Shown: piece by piece, positions 33,856 to 44,409 of the stretch
How the letters are laid out: every line of letters starts with the position of its first letter
How positions within the stretch are numbered: the stretch's first letter is position 1
Source: an uncultured Actinomycetes bacterium
GTDB taxonomy: Bacteria; Actinomycetota; Thermoleophilia; RBG-16-64-13
DNA: 64,000 bases
Direction: 5' to 3'
Assembly (NCBI GenBank): GCA_963841735.1
Contig: CAWJDT010000004.1
Location: forward strand, 64,001 to 128,000
Notes under the pieces: model-generated
Database searches by the model: none
The model's input: only the letters and a program-made list of their open reading frames with translations
Told to the model about the DNA's origin: nothing
Program-made: the position numbers and the translations under genes

Positions 33856-35643
33856 ATGCGGGCGACCGCCCTCTTCATGCCCACCGTAAAGGAAGACCCG
33901 GCCGACGCCGAGGCCATCAGCCACAAGCTCATGGTGCGGGGCGGTTTTGTCCGCCAGTTCGCCTCGGGCATCTACATTTTTCTGCCGCTGGGGTGGCGGG
34001 TCATGCAGCGTATCAGCCGCATCCTCAGGGAGGAGATGGATAGTATCGGCGCCTTGGAGGTGTCCATGCCGACCATCAACCCGGCGGACGTGTGGCAGCA
34101 GTCCGGCCGATACACCTCAATCGGGCAGGAGATGTTTCGCCTGGAGGACCGCGGGGGTCGAGACATGGTGCTGGCCATGACCCACGAAGAGGTCTTTACG
34201 TGGCTGGCTTCCCGGGAGCTGCGTTCCTACCGCGACCTTCCCCAGATCTGGTACCAGTTGCAGCTCAAGTTCCGGGACGAGGCTCGGCCCAAGAGCGGCG
34301 TCCTACGAGTGCGGGAATTCCTGATGAAAGATTCCTACTCGTTCGACGTGGACGAGGCGGGGTTGGAAGCAAGCTACCAGAAGCACATCGGGGCCTACGA
34401 CCGGATATTCTCCCGCTGCGGCGTGGAGTTTTACCGGGTGGAGAGCGACAGCGGGATCATGGGGGGCGCCTTGGCGCATGAGTACATCGCTCCGTCCCCG
34501 GCCGGCGAGGATCGCGTGGCCCTCTGCGAGGCGTGCGGATACGCTGCCAACGTAGAGATGGCTCGTTCTGTGGCCCGCGCGTCCGAGAGCGGTGCGGGCG
34601 AGTCTGGAGACGGCGAAGCGCAGGTGGCGGGGGTCGAACCCGCGGGCCCTCGAGAGGTTGCGACTCCCGATAAACGCACCATCGAGGAAGTCTCTGCGTT
34701 TCTGGGGGTGTCGCCCTCTTCGGTCATCAAGGCGCTGGTGTACTACGCCGGAGATACTCCCATCATGGCCCTGGTGCGAGGCGACCATGGCCTGCATGAG
34801 AACAAGTTGGCGCGCCATATGAAGAAAGAAGTACGTCCTGCTCGGCCCGAGGAGATCGCCGCCGTAGTGGGGGCGCAAGCCGGCTTTGTCGGTCCGGTCG
34901 GGCTGCCGGCCGGCCGGACATTGTTGGTCGTTGCCGATGAGAGCCTTCGTCCCGACCAGGGTGGTGCCGGGGCAGAGCCGGTGGGGGCCCGCCCGCGCGA
35001 GTACGCGGCGGGCGCCAACAAGGCCCACACTCACCTGGTGGGTGTGGTGGTAGGACGGGACTTTCAGCCTGAATACGCCGATTTGCGCGAGGTCCAAGAG
35101 GGTGACGGTTGCCCCGAATGCGGGCGTCCGCTGGTGGTGAAGCAGGGGATCGAGGTAGGCAACATCTTCAAGCTGGGCACGAAGTATTCGAGCGCACTCG
35201 GCGCCACTGTGCTGGACGAAGCTGGTGTGGAGCGTCCGGTCATCATGGGCTCTTACGGTATCGGTCCCGCGCGTATCGCGGCGGCTGCGGTGGAGCAACG
35301 CAGCGACGAGCGCGGAATCGTGTGGCCCAAGGCGATAGCACCGTTTGACATCCACCTGGTGCAGGTTCAGGCGAAGGATGAGGTGCAGTCTCAGGTGGCG
35401 GCGGATCTGCATGATCGATTGACGGCCGAAGGCTGGGAGGTGCTGTGGGACGATCGCGACCAGCGACCGGGCGTGAAGTTTGCCGACGCTGAGTTGATCG
35501 GGTGCCCTGTGCGTCTGACGGTGGGCAAGAAGGCCGTCGATGGTGTGGTGGAAATGGAGCCCAGAAGGGGTGGATCTCGAGTGGAGGTGCCGGTGGCTGA
35601 GTGCCTCACGGCCGTGCGCCGTGTTTGGGAGATCGCGGATTAG
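33856..35643 (+). CDS. proS: Prolyl-tRNA synthetase with editing (INS) domain
   Basis: THEEV, SYRDLP, KFRDEARP, REFLMKDSYSF, IEVGNIFKLG, MGSYGIG, GVKFADAELIG; AAGGAGG SD. Confidence 0.98.
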   Translation: MRATALFMPTVKEDPADAEAISHKLMVRGGFVRQFASGIYIFLPLGWRVMQRISRILREEMDSIGALEVSMPTINPADVWQQSGRYTSIGQEMFRLEDRGGRDMVLAMTHEEVFTWLASRELRSYRDLPQIWYQLQLKFRDEARPKSGVLRVREFLMKDSYSFDVDEAGLEASYQKHIGAYDRIFSRCGVEFYRVESDSGIMGGALAHEYIAPSPAGEDRVALCEACGYAANVEMARSVARASESGAGESGDGEAQVAGVEPAGPREVATPDKRTIEEVSAFLGVSPSSVIKALVYYAGDTPIMALVRGDHGLHENKLARHMKKEVRPARPEEIAAVVGAQAGFVGPVGLPAGRTLLVVADESLRPDQGGAGAEPVGARPREYAAGANKAHTHLVGVVVGRDFQPEYADLREVQEGDGCPECGRPLVVKQGIEVGNIFKLGTKYSSALGATVLDEAGVERPVIMGSYGIGPARIAAAAVEQRSDERGIVWPKAIAPFDIHLVQVQAKDEVQSQVAADLHDRLTAEGWEVLWDDRDQRPGVKFADAELIGCPVRLTVGKKAVDGVVEMEPRRGGSRVEVPVAECLTAVRRVWEIAD

Positions 35644-35646
35644 CCG

Positions 35647-35719
35647 TGCTATAATCCAGCAGCAAACGAAAGACATGTTGGTTCACGAAAGTGGGTGCGG
35701 ATGGGCCCACTTTTGTTTT
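35647..35719 (+). promoter_or_regulatory. Extended -10 promoter (TGcTATAAT) and rimP-leader terminator/attenuator hairpin
   Basis: TGCTATAAT at 35647-35655; AAAGTGGG-tgcggatggg-CCCACTTT followed by TGTTTT, the typical GTGGG/CCCAC hairpin ahead of rimP-nusA operons. Confidence 0.75.
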
Positions 35720-35736
35720 ACGTGATGGAAGAGGTC

Positions 35737-36189
35737 ATGCGGCCGACAGAAGCGGGGTTGCAGGAGGTCATCGACCAAGAGGTCGCCGGCGTCGAGCTGG
35801 TGCTCTTGGAGCAGGTCGGTGGCACCAAGCGGCGGACGCTGCGCTTGTACATCGACCAGCCGGGTGGTGTGACGCACGAGTTGTGCGGGCGGGTGTCGGA
35901 TGCGGTGGGTAAGGCCCTCGACGAGAGCGACGCTCTCGGGGGGCCGTACACTTTGGAGGTCAGTTCACCAGGCCTGGAGCGGCCGTTGCGTAAGCGGGGC
36001 CATTTCGAGGCGCAGGTTGGTAAGAAGGTCTACGTCAAGACCCGGGTCCCAGTAGAGGGAAGCAAGGTCTGGCAGGGTATGTTGGTAGAAATAGAAGCCG
36101 ACGGAGTAGTGATCGAGGATGCGGGACGGCAGGTCAGGATCCCGCTGGACGAGATCAGTAACGCCCATCTGATATACGAGTTCAAGTAG
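35737..36189 (+). CDS. rimP: Ribosome maturation factor RimP
   Basis: LRLYIDQPGGV, YTLEVSSPGLERPL; GAGG SD. Confidence 0.96.
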   Translation: MRPTEAGLQEVIDQEVAGVELVLLEQVGGTKRRTLRLYIDQPGGVTHELCGRVSDAVGKALDESDALGGPYTLEVSSPGLERPLRKRGHFEAQVGKKVYVKTRVPVEGSKVWQGMLVEIEADGVVIEDAGRQVRIPLDEISNAHLIYEFK

Positions 36190-36198
36190 GGGGAAGGG

Positions 36199-37368
36199 AT
36201 GAATAAGGAAACAATAGAAGCTCTTCGCCAGATTGAGAAAGAGAAGAGCATCCCCTTCGACCTGCTAATGGAGGCGTTGGAGGATGCGCTGCATTCCGCG
36301 TACCAGAAGACTGCTCATGCGGTGCCTTTCTCAGAGGTGAAGATCGACCGGGACAATGGAGAGATCCATGTGTTTGAGCTTATCTTCCCGGAGGGCCAAG
36401 AGCCCGTACTGGAAGATGAAGAGACCGAGTTCGACACGTCCATGGCGGAGAGGCAAGAGATCACTCCCGAGGACTTTGGCCGCATCGCGGCTCAGACTGC
36501 CAAGCAGGTTATCTATCAGCGCATCCGCGAAGCCGAGCAGGGTATCGTGTTCAACGAGTACTCCAACAGAGTGGGCGAGATCGTCACCGGTATCGTGCAG
36601 CAATCAGACAGCCGCTATACCTTGGTCGATCTGGGCCGGGTGGAAGCGCGGTTGCCCAAGAACGAGCAGGTGGGCACGGAGCGCTACGAGCACGGCATGC
36701 GTTTGAAAGCTGTCATCAAAGAGGTGTCTCAGAATCCTAAGGAGCCACCGATTATCCTCTCGAGGCGTAGCGAAGAGCTGGTGCGTCGTCTGTTTGAGCT
36801 GGAAGTTCCCGAGATATCCGATGGGTTGGTTGAGATCGTAGGCGTGGCGCGCGAGCCGGGATATCGTTCGAAGATCGCGGTGGTCTCGCATAGTGACGGG
36901 GTCGATCCGGTAGGCGCGTGCGTGGGTCCGCGGGGTTCGCGGGTACGGATGGTGGTCTCGGAACTCAGAGGCGAAAAGATCGACATTATCCCATTCGATG
37001 AGGAACCCGCCCGGTTCGTTGCCAAGGCGCTGTCGCCGGCAAGGGTGCGCGAGGTTATCTTGGATGACGAGCAGCGGGAAGCCACCGTGGTCGTGCCTGA
37101 TGACCAGCTTTCCCTTGCCATCGGCAAAGAAGGGCAGAATGCGCGCTTGGCCAATCGGTTGACTGGGTGGAAGATCGACATCAAGTCAGAGACCGAGATG
37201 AACGAGGAAGATAATGTCTATACGACGGTGCAGTCGGAGCCGCTGGTGGTGGACGGCCGGTGCCACGCGCTGACCTCCGGTGGCAAGCGGTGTCCCAACG
37301 CCGCGCTTGCAGGCAGTCTATACTGCGGGATGCCTCAGCATCAGGGTCTCGGCGGTGAGCGCGCCTGA
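36199..37368 (+). CDS. nusA: Transcription factor NusA with a C-terminal Cys3His extension
   Basis: FGRIAAQTAKQVI, FELEVPEI, AREPGYRSKIAV, GACVGPRGSRV, SLAIGKEGQNARLA. Confidence 0.98.
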   Translation: MNKETIEALRQIEKEKSIPFDLLMEALEDALHSAYQKTAHAVPFSEVKIDRDNGEIHVFELIFPEGQEPVLEDEETEFDTSMAERQEITPEDFGRIAAQTAKQVIYQRIREAEQGIVFNEYSNRVGEIVTGIVQQSDSRYTLVDLGRVEARLPKNEQVGTERYEHGMRLKAVIKEVSQNPKEPPIILSRRSEELVRRLFELEVPEISDGLVEIVGVAREPGYRSKIAVVSHSDGVDPVGACVGPRGSRVRMVVSELRGEKIDIIPFDEEPARFVAKALSPARVREVILDDEQREATVVVPDDQLSLAIGKEGQNARLANRLTGWKIDIKSETEMNEEDNVYTTVQSEPLVVDGRCHALTSGGKRCPNAALAGSLYCGMPQHQGLGGERA

Positions 37369-37636
37369 GCGGCAATGCGTCGGCTGCGGCCGGCGCGGGC
37401 CGCAGAGTGGTTTTCTGCGGCTGAGGGTCGTCCGGGAGGACGGCCCTGCACGGGTTGTGGTGGCGGATGAGGGAGCGCGGAGCGGCAGGAGCGCCTATCT
37501 CTGTCGGCAAGTATCGTGTTTTGACAGAGCTGTGCAACGGAGGGCCTTTCAAAGGGCTTTTCGTGCGTCGGTAGTACTTAGTGAAGGCGAAATAGTGGCG
37601 GCGCTGAAGACAGCGCGTGACCAGGAGCAGCGATAG
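37355..37636 (+). CDS. ylxR: YlxR/DUF448 RNA-binding protein
   Basis: PERQCVGCG, GRSAYLC, C...A..RRAFQRAFR; lies between nusA and infB. Confidence 0.92.
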   Translation: MSAPERQCVGCGRRGPQSGFLRLRVVREDGPARVVVADEGARSGRSAYLCRQVSCFDRAVQRRAFQRAFRASVVLSEGEIVAALKTARDQEQR

Positions 37637-37650
37637 CGCTGACGGTAGGT

Positions 37651-40600
37651 ATGATCGTGGCAAAGAGACGCGTTTACGATATTGCTAAGGAGAAGGGCCT
37701 GACCACCCAGGAGGTGTTGGAGGCTCTGCATGCTGCGGGGGTGGATGTAAAGGGCAGCGTCTCCAGCGTGGAAGAGGCGGACGCCGAGAGGGCGCTGTCG
37801 GCCAAGGTGGCCAAGGGAACGTCCAAGGTGGCGAAGGCGCCCGCTGCAAAGACAGTCGCTACGACGGGCGAGTCTGCGGCAGTTCCGGCGGCTCCTGTAG
37901 CTCCGGCGAAAGCAGGCACTCCGGCGAAAGCGGCCGTTACGGCAAAAGCGCCGCCCGAAAAGGTGACTCCCGTCAAGACAGCGGGGACCTCGGCCAAGAC
38001 TCCGGCCAAGGCTCCGGGCAAGGCTGCGGCCAAGCCTGCGGCCGACAAAGGCACTTCAGCAAAGGCTTCGGACGAGGCCAGCGTCATCGGGACGCCCCCG
38101 GCGCCGTCTACGGGTGTCGCTGAGGTGGTTGCGAAGTCGGCGAGCCAAGTCGTGCCGAAGACCGCTCCGGAAGTCAAACCGGCGGTTGCGGAGGCGGTAG
38201 CCTCTGAAGCACCACGAGTTGTCCCATCGGCGCCGCGTGTGGCGGCTGCCAGTCCGCAGGAACGGCCTGCACAGGCGGGGTATCCCGAGAGGGCTCGGAC
38301 GGAAGGCGCGGCGCCCATGGCGCGCAAGCCCCCGCCCAGACCGCGCGGTCGCGGTCCTAGGCTGGAGGACATGCCCACCGTCGTGGGGCCTGGGGTGCCT
38401 TTGCGCAAGGGGGTCAAGCCCTCCGGCAATGTGGTGACCAAGGAAGAATTGATCCGCATCCAGGCAGAGAAGGCGGCGCAGGCCGAAGCGGCCCGCAAAG
38501 CGGCCGCGGCGGCGCCTCGGCCCCCGGCTCAGCCGGCGGGCACCGGGGCGAAACCTGACGGCCCCGCGGGAGCGCCTGGGACTCGTCCGGCTGCGGTGGG
38601 TGGCCGTCCCCGTCCGCCGTTTGCGCGCGATGCTGCAGACCAAAAGGGCCGGCCCGCGCGTGGTGGCGCCGTGGCTATACCCGAGATCTGGGTCGAAGCG
38701 GCCGAAGCTACTGGCTTGGTCGCACCCGGCAAGGCGGTCGCTCCGGCATCCCGGGTGCGTAGGGGGGACGACAAGCCGGCCAAGCGTAGAGTGATTATTG
38801 ATTCGCAGGCGGGCCGCAAGGGTGGCAGGGGCGGATTCCGCGATCGGCGGCTTGGCCCAGGGAGCGACGCGGAGAAACCGCAGCCCAAGAAGAAGGTTGT
38901 GCCGGGTACTGAGTCGGCGGTCATGGTCAAGAGCGGGGCCAGCGTCAAAGATCTCAGCGATGCCCTGGAGATTGGGGCGGGCGAGTTGATCAAGGCTCTC
39001 CTAAAATTGGGAGAGATGGTCACGATCACGCAGTCCCTTTCGGATGACGCCATCACGATCTTGGCCGAAGAGTTCGAGCGCCAGGTTGAGATCGAGCACG
39101 TGGTAGAGGAGAAGGAGGGCGCGGAGCAGTTTGTGGACGATGCGGCCGATCTTACTTCGCGGGCGCCCGTGGTGACCATCATGGGGCACGTGGACCACGG
39201 CAAGACCTCCCTGCTGGACGCCATACGCGAGACTGAGGTGGTCAAGAGCGAGGCGGGGGGCATAACGCAGCATATCGGGGCCTATCAGGTCACTCATAAC
39301 GACAAGAAGGTGACGTTCCTCGATACCCCTGGGCACGAAGCGTTTACGGCTATGCGGGCCCGAGGGGCGAAGTCGACCGACATCGCAGTCATAGTGGTTG
39401 CCGCGAACGACGGCGTCATGCCTCAGACCTTGGAGGCCATAAGCCACGCCAAGGCTGCCGACGTGCCCATGGTGGTGGCCATAAACAAGATGGACCTGCC
39501 GGACGCCAACCCGGATCTTGTCAAGAAGCAGCTGGCCGACCAAGGGCTCGTGCCTGAAGCATGGGGCGGCGAGACAGTCGTGGTCGAGGTGTCTGCGAAG
39601 CAGAGGCTCAATCTCGACGACCTCATGGACATGATTCTCTTGGTGGCCGAAGTGCAAGAACTCAAAGCTAACTCGAACGCCCAGGCTTCTGGAGTGGTGA
39701 TCGAGGCTCAGCTTGACGTCGGTCGTGGCCCGGTTGCGACAGTACTGGTGCAACGCGGCACTCTCAGCGTGGGAGATCCTGTTGTCAGCGGCGAGTCGTA
39801 CGGCAAGGTCAAAGCAATGTTCGACTTCTTGGGAACCCCGCTGGCGAAAGCCGGACCGTCGGTGCCCGTTCAGATTCTTGGCTTCAACACTCTGCCGGCG
39901 GCGGGCGACTTCTTGATGGTAGTCAAGGATGAGCGCGAAGCCCGGCAGAAGGCCGAACAGCGCACATCCCGGCTGCGGCAGGAGCAACTGGCGAAGAGCC
40001 GCGGCGGCGCGAGCAGCCTTGAAGAGTTCTACCGCAGGGTCAAAGAGGGCCGAGTCAAGGAACTGCCTCTGATCATCAAGGGCGACGTGGGCGGCTCAGT
40101 GGAAGCCTTGGAAGAGGCCCTGCTGAACATCACGCACGCCGAGGTCAAGGTGCAGGTAGTGTTTGCCGGAGTGGGAGGCATCAACGAGTCCGACATCGTG
40201 TTGGCCTCGGCGTCGAAGGCTGTGGTCATCGGTTTCAACGTGCGGCCGTCCGTAGCGGCGAAGGCACTCGCCGAGCAGGAACAGGTGGACGTACGCACCT
40301 ACAGGGTCATCTACAAAGCCATCGAGGATGTAGAGGCGGCTTTGGTGGGTATGTTGGAGCCTGACCAGGTGGAGTCGGAGCTGGGCAGCGCGGAAGTGCG
40401 ACAGGTCTTCCATGCGTCGAAGATCGGGAGCATCGCCGGGTGTTACGTTCTGACCGGCAAGCTCGTGCGTATGGCGAAGATGCGCCTGGTCCGCAATGGC
40501 AGTATCGTGCACGAAGGGACTATCAGCACGCTGAAGCGATTTGCGGATGATGCCAAGGAAGTGTCGTCCGGGTATGAGTGCGGCCTTCATCTGGACGGTT

Positions 40601-40668
40601 TTGACGACGTCCACGAAGGTGACATTGTCGAGGCTTACGAGATCAAGGAAGTTGCCCGTACTCAATAG
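37651..40668 (+). CDS. infB: Translation initiation factor IF-2
   Basis: RVYDIAKE N-domain, [47 protein letters not shown]. Confidence 0.99.
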   Translation: MIVAKRRVYDIAKEKGLTTQEVLEALHAAGVDVKGSVSSVEEADAERALSAKVAKGTSKVAKAPAAKTVATTGESAAVPAAPVAPAKAGTPAKAAVTAKAPPEKVTPVKTAGTSAKTPAKAPGKAAAKPAADKGTSAKASDEASVIGTPPAPSTGVAEVVAKSASQVVPKTAPEVKPAVAEAVASEAPRVVPSAPRVAAASPQERPAQAGYPERARTEGAAPMARKPPPRPRGRGPRLEDMPTVVGPGVPLRKGVKPSGNVVTKEELIRIQAEKAAQAEAARKAAAAAPRPPAQPAGTGAKPDGPAGAPGTRPAAVGGRPRPPFARDAADQKGRPARGGAVAIPEIWVEAAEATGLVAPGKAVAPASRVRRGDDKPAKRRVIIDSQAGRKGGRGGFRDRRLGPGSDAEKPQPKKKVVPGTESAVMVKSGASVKDLSDALEIGAGELIKALLKLGEMVTITQSLSDDAITILAEEFERQVEIEHVVEEKEGAEQFVDDAADLTSRAPVVTIMGHVDHGKTSLLDAIRETEVVKSEAGGITQHIGAYQVTHNDKKVTFLDTPGHEAFTAMRARGAKSTDIAVIVVAANDGVMPQTLEAISHAKAADVPMVVAINKMDLPDANPDLVKKQLADQGLVPEAWGGETVVVEVSAKQRLNLDDLMDMILLVAEVQELKANSNAQASGVVIEAQLDVGRGPVATVLVQRGTLSVGDPVVSGESYGKVKAMFDFLGTPLAKAGPSVPVQILGFNTLPAAGDFLMVVKDEREARQKAEQRTSRLRQEQLAKSRGGASSLEEFYRRVKEGRVKELPLIIKGDVGGSVEALEEALLNITHAEVKVQVVFAGVGGINESDIVLASASKAVVIGFNVRPSVAAKALAEQEQVDVRTYRVIYKAIEDVEAALVGMLEPDQVESELGSAEVRQVFHASKIGSIAGCYVLTGKLVRMAKMRLVRNGSIVHEGTISTLKRFADDAKEVSSGYECGLHLDGFDDVHEGDIVEAYEIKEVARTQ

Positions 40669-40969
40669 CAGTGGCAAGGGGTTCGTCGGCATCCTCGCGG
40701 CCGAACTGTACTTCCCTGACAACGGCTCCCTCAAGGGCAAGCGGATGTATCTTAGGCGCATCCGGGACCAGGTCACGAGGCGCCACGGAGTCTCGTTCGC
40801 GGAGGTCGGTCACCAGGATCTGTGGCAGCGCGCGCGCGTAGTGATGGCCGTTGCGTCCTCTGATGTGCGGATACTAGAAGAGTCGCTCGCCCGGCTGAAG
40901 ACGTATCTTGACTCGCAGGAATGGATTCTGACGTCTTGCTCAACCGAGGTGGTGGATGTAGATGCGTAA
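40652..40969 (+). CDS. ylxP: DUF503/YlxP family protein
   Basis: SLKGKR, VSFAEVGHQDLWQRA; lies between infB and rbfA; start uncertain. Confidence 0.88.
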   Translation: MPVLNSSGKGFVGILAAELYFPDNGSLKGKRMYLRRIRDQVTRRHGVSFAEVGHQDLWQRARVVMAVASSDVRILEESLARLKTYLDSQEWILTSCSTEVVDVDA

Positions 40970-41429
40970 CGTGGCTTCATACCGTATGCGCCGAGTCAAC
41001 GAGGCGCTCAAAGAGATCATCGCAAACGCTCTGGCGCGGGATATCAAGGACCCGCGAATAGGCTTTGTGACGATCACCGGCGTCGAGACGGCGCAGGACC
41101 TGGCACACGCGAAGGTGTTCTTCTCGGTCTATGGCAAACAGGTGGAGAAAGACTCCACCTTGGAGGGCCTGCGCGCCGCCCGCGCGCACCTGCAGCGCCT
41201 CATCAGTGATGAGTTGAAGCTCAGGCGCACGCCCGCGCTGGAGTTTGTCTATGACGCGACCATAGACCAGGGGATGCGCATCCAGGTTCTTCTCAAGTCC
41301 AGCGGTGCCGACGAGTTGGGGCCCATTGAGCTGGAGATGGAGGAGCAAGAACCCGAGAACAGGTCTCGTGGCGCGTTGGACGTGGTGGCCGACATCGACG
41401 ACATCGACACCATCGAGGACGAGGAATGA
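40962..41429 (+). CDS. rbfA: Ribosome-binding factor A
   Basis: RMRRVNEAL, IKDPRIGFVTIT, DLAHAKVF, LRRTPALEFVYD. Confidence 0.97.
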   Translation: MRNVASYRMRRVNEALKEIIANALARDIKDPRIGFVTITGVETAQDLAHAKVFFSVYGKQVEKDSTLEGLRAARAHLQRLISDELKLRRTPALEFVYDATIDQGMRIQVLLKSSGADELGPIELEMEEQEPENRSRGALDVVADIDDIDTIEDEE

Positions 41430-42425
41430 CGGCGGTTCGCCGGCCTAGCGCCGTAACGGCCGCCGGCGTAGCGCGCGCGCCTGCGCGAGGAGCAACGGGT
41501 GCTGGCGGTCTCGCACGAGGCCCCCGATGGTGACGCTCTTGGATGTTTGTCGGCCTTCCTGCTGGTATGCGAGCGCCTTGGGGTTCCGTGCCGGGCGTTC
41601 ATCCCCGGAGAGAGCGGATTTCCTCCCGAATACCTGTTTCTGCCGCGGGTGGAGGAGATCTTGCGGGGAGACGTCCCTCCGTTGACGCCCGAGACGACGG
41701 TTTACTTCTTCGACTGTGCCTCTCTTCTTCGCTCGAATTCTCACGGCTTTCCAGAGGGTTCGCTGCAGGTGAACATCGACCACCACCAGGACAATCCGGG
41801 GTATGGGGATCTGAACCTGGTGGATGCCAGTGCCCCCTCCACCAGTGCGCTTCTATATGATGTTCTCAAGGCCGGCGCGCTTCCCCTAGACGAACAGATT
41901 GCCACCGGTCTGTATGTGGGTTTGGTCACCGACACCGGGCGTTTTCAGTACTCGAACACCACCGCGGGAGCGCATCGCATGGCGGCGGACCTGCAGGAGA
42001 TGGGACTGGACGTGGCGGTGGTGTACCGCCAAGTATATGAGAGCAAGCCTTTGCCCAAGATGCTTCTGCTGGAGCGTGCTTTGAGCCACTTGGAGATGCG
42101 CCTGGGGGGCGCTTTGGCGGTCTCCTGGCTGGGGAATGACGACTTTGCGAAGGCCGGGGCGGGGGAGGGCCACGCGGAGGGGCTCATCGACACCATTCGC
42201 TGCATCGAAGGTGTCAAAGTGGCAGCTTTGGTACGGGAGAGGGCACGCGGGGGTTCCGTGGAGGCCAAGGTCAGCCTCCGCTCCACCGACGGCTCTGTGA
42301 GCGTGGGTGCCATCGCCGCCTTGCGGGGAGGCGGGGGCCACGTGCGGGCGGCTGGTTTCACCAGCGCCGAAGACGTGGGCTCTGTGCTGGCCTGGATCGA
42401 GGGCCGGGTCAAAGCGGCCCTGTGA
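41426..42425 (+). CDS. nrnA: DHH/DHHA1 nano-RNase/pAp phosphatase NrnA; apparent +1 frameshift at 41471-41480, or a shorter form starting at GTG 41499
   Basis: SHEAPDGDALG, NIDHH, TDTGRFQY, VSLRS, GGGGHVRAAG; the ATG overlapping the rbfA stop is out of frame with the DHH ORF. Confidence 0.9.
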
Positions 42426-42438
42426 GTGAGGCACACCC

Positions 42439-43314
42439 GTGACGGCGATATCCTGCGTGGTGCTTGTTGATAAGCCAGTGGGCCCTACGAGCTTCGACAT
42501 CGTCCGGGGGGCCCGCCGCGGAGTAGTGGGGGGCAGAGTGGGACACGCCGGAACCCTGGACCCGTTCGCCACCGGTCTGCTGCTCATCCTGGTAGGCCAG
42601 GCAACACGGGTGTCCAATCTGCTGATGGGACTGCCCAAAGAGTACGATCTGACAGTGCAGTTCGGCGCTGTGTCTACCACTGCGGATCCTACCGGGGAGA
42701 TCACGTCGACTGGGCGAGGCGTGGATGTGCGCGAGGTGGTAAAGGCTCTTGACAAGTTCAGGGGAGTCGTTAGGCAGCGTGTCCCGTTGACGTCGGCCGT
42801 GAAGGTGGGCGGCCAACCGCTATACAAGACGGCCCATCGGGGCGAGACCATGGAGACTCCTGAGCGAGACGTCATGATCTACGATGTTTCGCTGGTGGGG
42901 TTCGACGAAGAGAGCCAGACGGCGAGGGTTCTCGCCCTGACGGGTAGCGGCACATATCTTCGTGTGCTGGCCGAGGACCTGGGCGCCGTGACCGGAGCAG
43001 GCGCCTACGCATCGGCCCTGAGACGCACACGAGTGGGGGGCTTCAGTGTGTCCAACGCCCTGAGCCCCGACGAGCTGTCTCCTGAGCGGTATATGCAGGG
43101 TGGCGCGGGAATCGTTAGCGTTGATGAGGCACTAGCGTTCCTACCGGCGCGCGAGCTGAGTTCAGACCAAGCGCGACTGGCGATGAACGGCAATGCACTG
43201 CTGGCCGAGAGCGAACGCCGTTTTCGTGCGCGTTCGCAAGGTGAGCTCTTAGGCGTCTACGAGACTCGGGATGAGGCGGCGCGTCCTCTTGTGGTGTTTG
43301 CGAGGCCGGGGTGA
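42439..43314 (+). CDS. truB: tRNA pseudouridine-55 synthase
   Basis: DKPVGPTSFD, VGHAGTLDPFATG, SAVKVGG, GTYLRVL, LRRTRVG. Confidence 0.97.
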   Translation: MTAISCVVLVDKPVGPTSFDIVRGARRGVVGGRVGHAGTLDPFATGLLLILVGQATRVSNLLMGLPKEYDLTVQFGAVSTTADPTGEITSTGRGVDVREVVKALDKFRGVVRQRVPLTSAVKVGGQPLYKTAHRGETMETPERDVMIYDVSLVGFDEESQTARVLALTGSGTYLRVLAEDLGAVTGAGAYASALRRTRVGGFSVSNALSPDELSPERYMQGGAGIVSVDEALAFLPARELSSDQARLAMNGNALLAESERRFRARSQGELLGVYETRDEAARPLVVFARPG

Positions 43315-44282
43315 GCATGCGGACCTACCGGGGTTTGGCAGAGGTCACTGATGCTCCGGCGGAGGGCCGGGCGATCGCCATCGGTGTGTTTGACGGAGTG
43401 CACCTTGGACACCAGCGCATCGTGGCAAGGGCGGTCCAAGAGGCCGCCTCGCGCGGGGGGCGCTCGACCGTAGTGACTTTCTCCCCTCATCCGGATGCTG
43501 TGCTACATCCCCGCAGGGCTCCCCGCGCGCTGACTTCGGCTGTGCGGAAGGCCCAACTCCTCGAAGCCCTGGGCGTCCAGGAGCTTGTGGTGGTGACGTT
43601 CGATCGGGATTTCGCCGGGCTCGTGCCGGAGGCGTTTTGCAGGCTGGTGCTATCGGATCATCTAGGTGCCAGCGTGGTCTTTGTGGGCCAGAACTTCCGT
43701 TTCGGCCACGAAGGACTCGGCACCACCAGAGAGCTCAGCGAGTATGGGCGGGCGCACGGTTTCGAGGTGCGGGCAGTGCCCTTGGTGGACGAGGCGGGTG
43801 ACCCCATCTCGAGCACCCGCATCCGGGAGCTGCTGCGGGGAGGACGGGTGGCCGAGGCGGCTCGGTTGCTGGGGCGACCGCACCAGGTGGACGGCATTGT
43901 CAGTCCCGGCCGGGGGCGGGGGAGAGCGCTCGATGCCCCCACAGCGAATCTGCCGGTGGTACGGGAGATGGCGCTTCCGCGTGCGGGCATCTATGTCACG
44001 CGATCGACGGTGGATGGGCAAGAGGTGCATTCCTCGGTGACAAGTGTGGGCGTCAACCCTACGTTTGAATCCGACCGGAGATTGCGGATGGAGACGTTGC
44101 TTCTCGACTACAGTGGCGACCTGTACGGACGGCACCTAGCAGTGGATTTCCTGGACCGGATCCGGTCACAGCGCACCTTTCCCAACGCCGAGTCCCTAGC
44201 ACTGCAGATCCGTTTGGACGTAGAAACGGCGCTCAGGATGCACGCGGCCTGGTCGATAGACCAAGAGGACGGGCGCACATAG
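43311..44282 (+). CDS. ribF: Riboflavin kinase / FAD synthetase
   Basis: IGVFDGVHLGH, FSPHP, NFRFG, ISSTRIR, PTAN, GVNPTF. Confidence 0.97.
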   Translation: MSMRTYRGLAEVTDAPAEGRAIAIGVFDGVHLGHQRIVARAVQEAASRGGRSTVVTFSPHPDAVLHPRRAPRALTSAVRKAQLLEALGVQELVVVTFDRDFAGLVPEAFCRLVLSDHLGASVVFVGQNFRFGHEGLGTTRELSEYGRAHGFEVRAVPLVDEAGDPISSTRIRELLRGGRVAEAARLLGRPHQVDGIVSPGRGRGRALDAPTANLPVVREMALPRAGIYVTRSTVDGQEVHSSVTSVGVNPTFESDRRLRMETLLLDYSGDLYGRHLAVDFLDRIRSQRTFPNAESLALQIRLDVETALRMHAAWSIDQEDGRT

Positions 44283-44409
44283 GAATGCCGGCGCCAAGCG
44301 ACGGCTCCGTTTGGGAGCGTTACGGGGATGCTATCCTGAAGGCGACTGATGAGTGCAGGTATGCAGCGCGCATCGGTGGGTGTGCGTGTGAGACGTTCTA
44401 GGAGGGATT

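Noticed and set aside
34303-35676. Long antisense ORF (also 51193..52620, 55081..56352, 39001..39987, 61801..62757, 52887..53876)
   Set aside because: Shadow frames opposite well-conserved genes, expected in high-GC codon-biased DNA; no recognisable motifs
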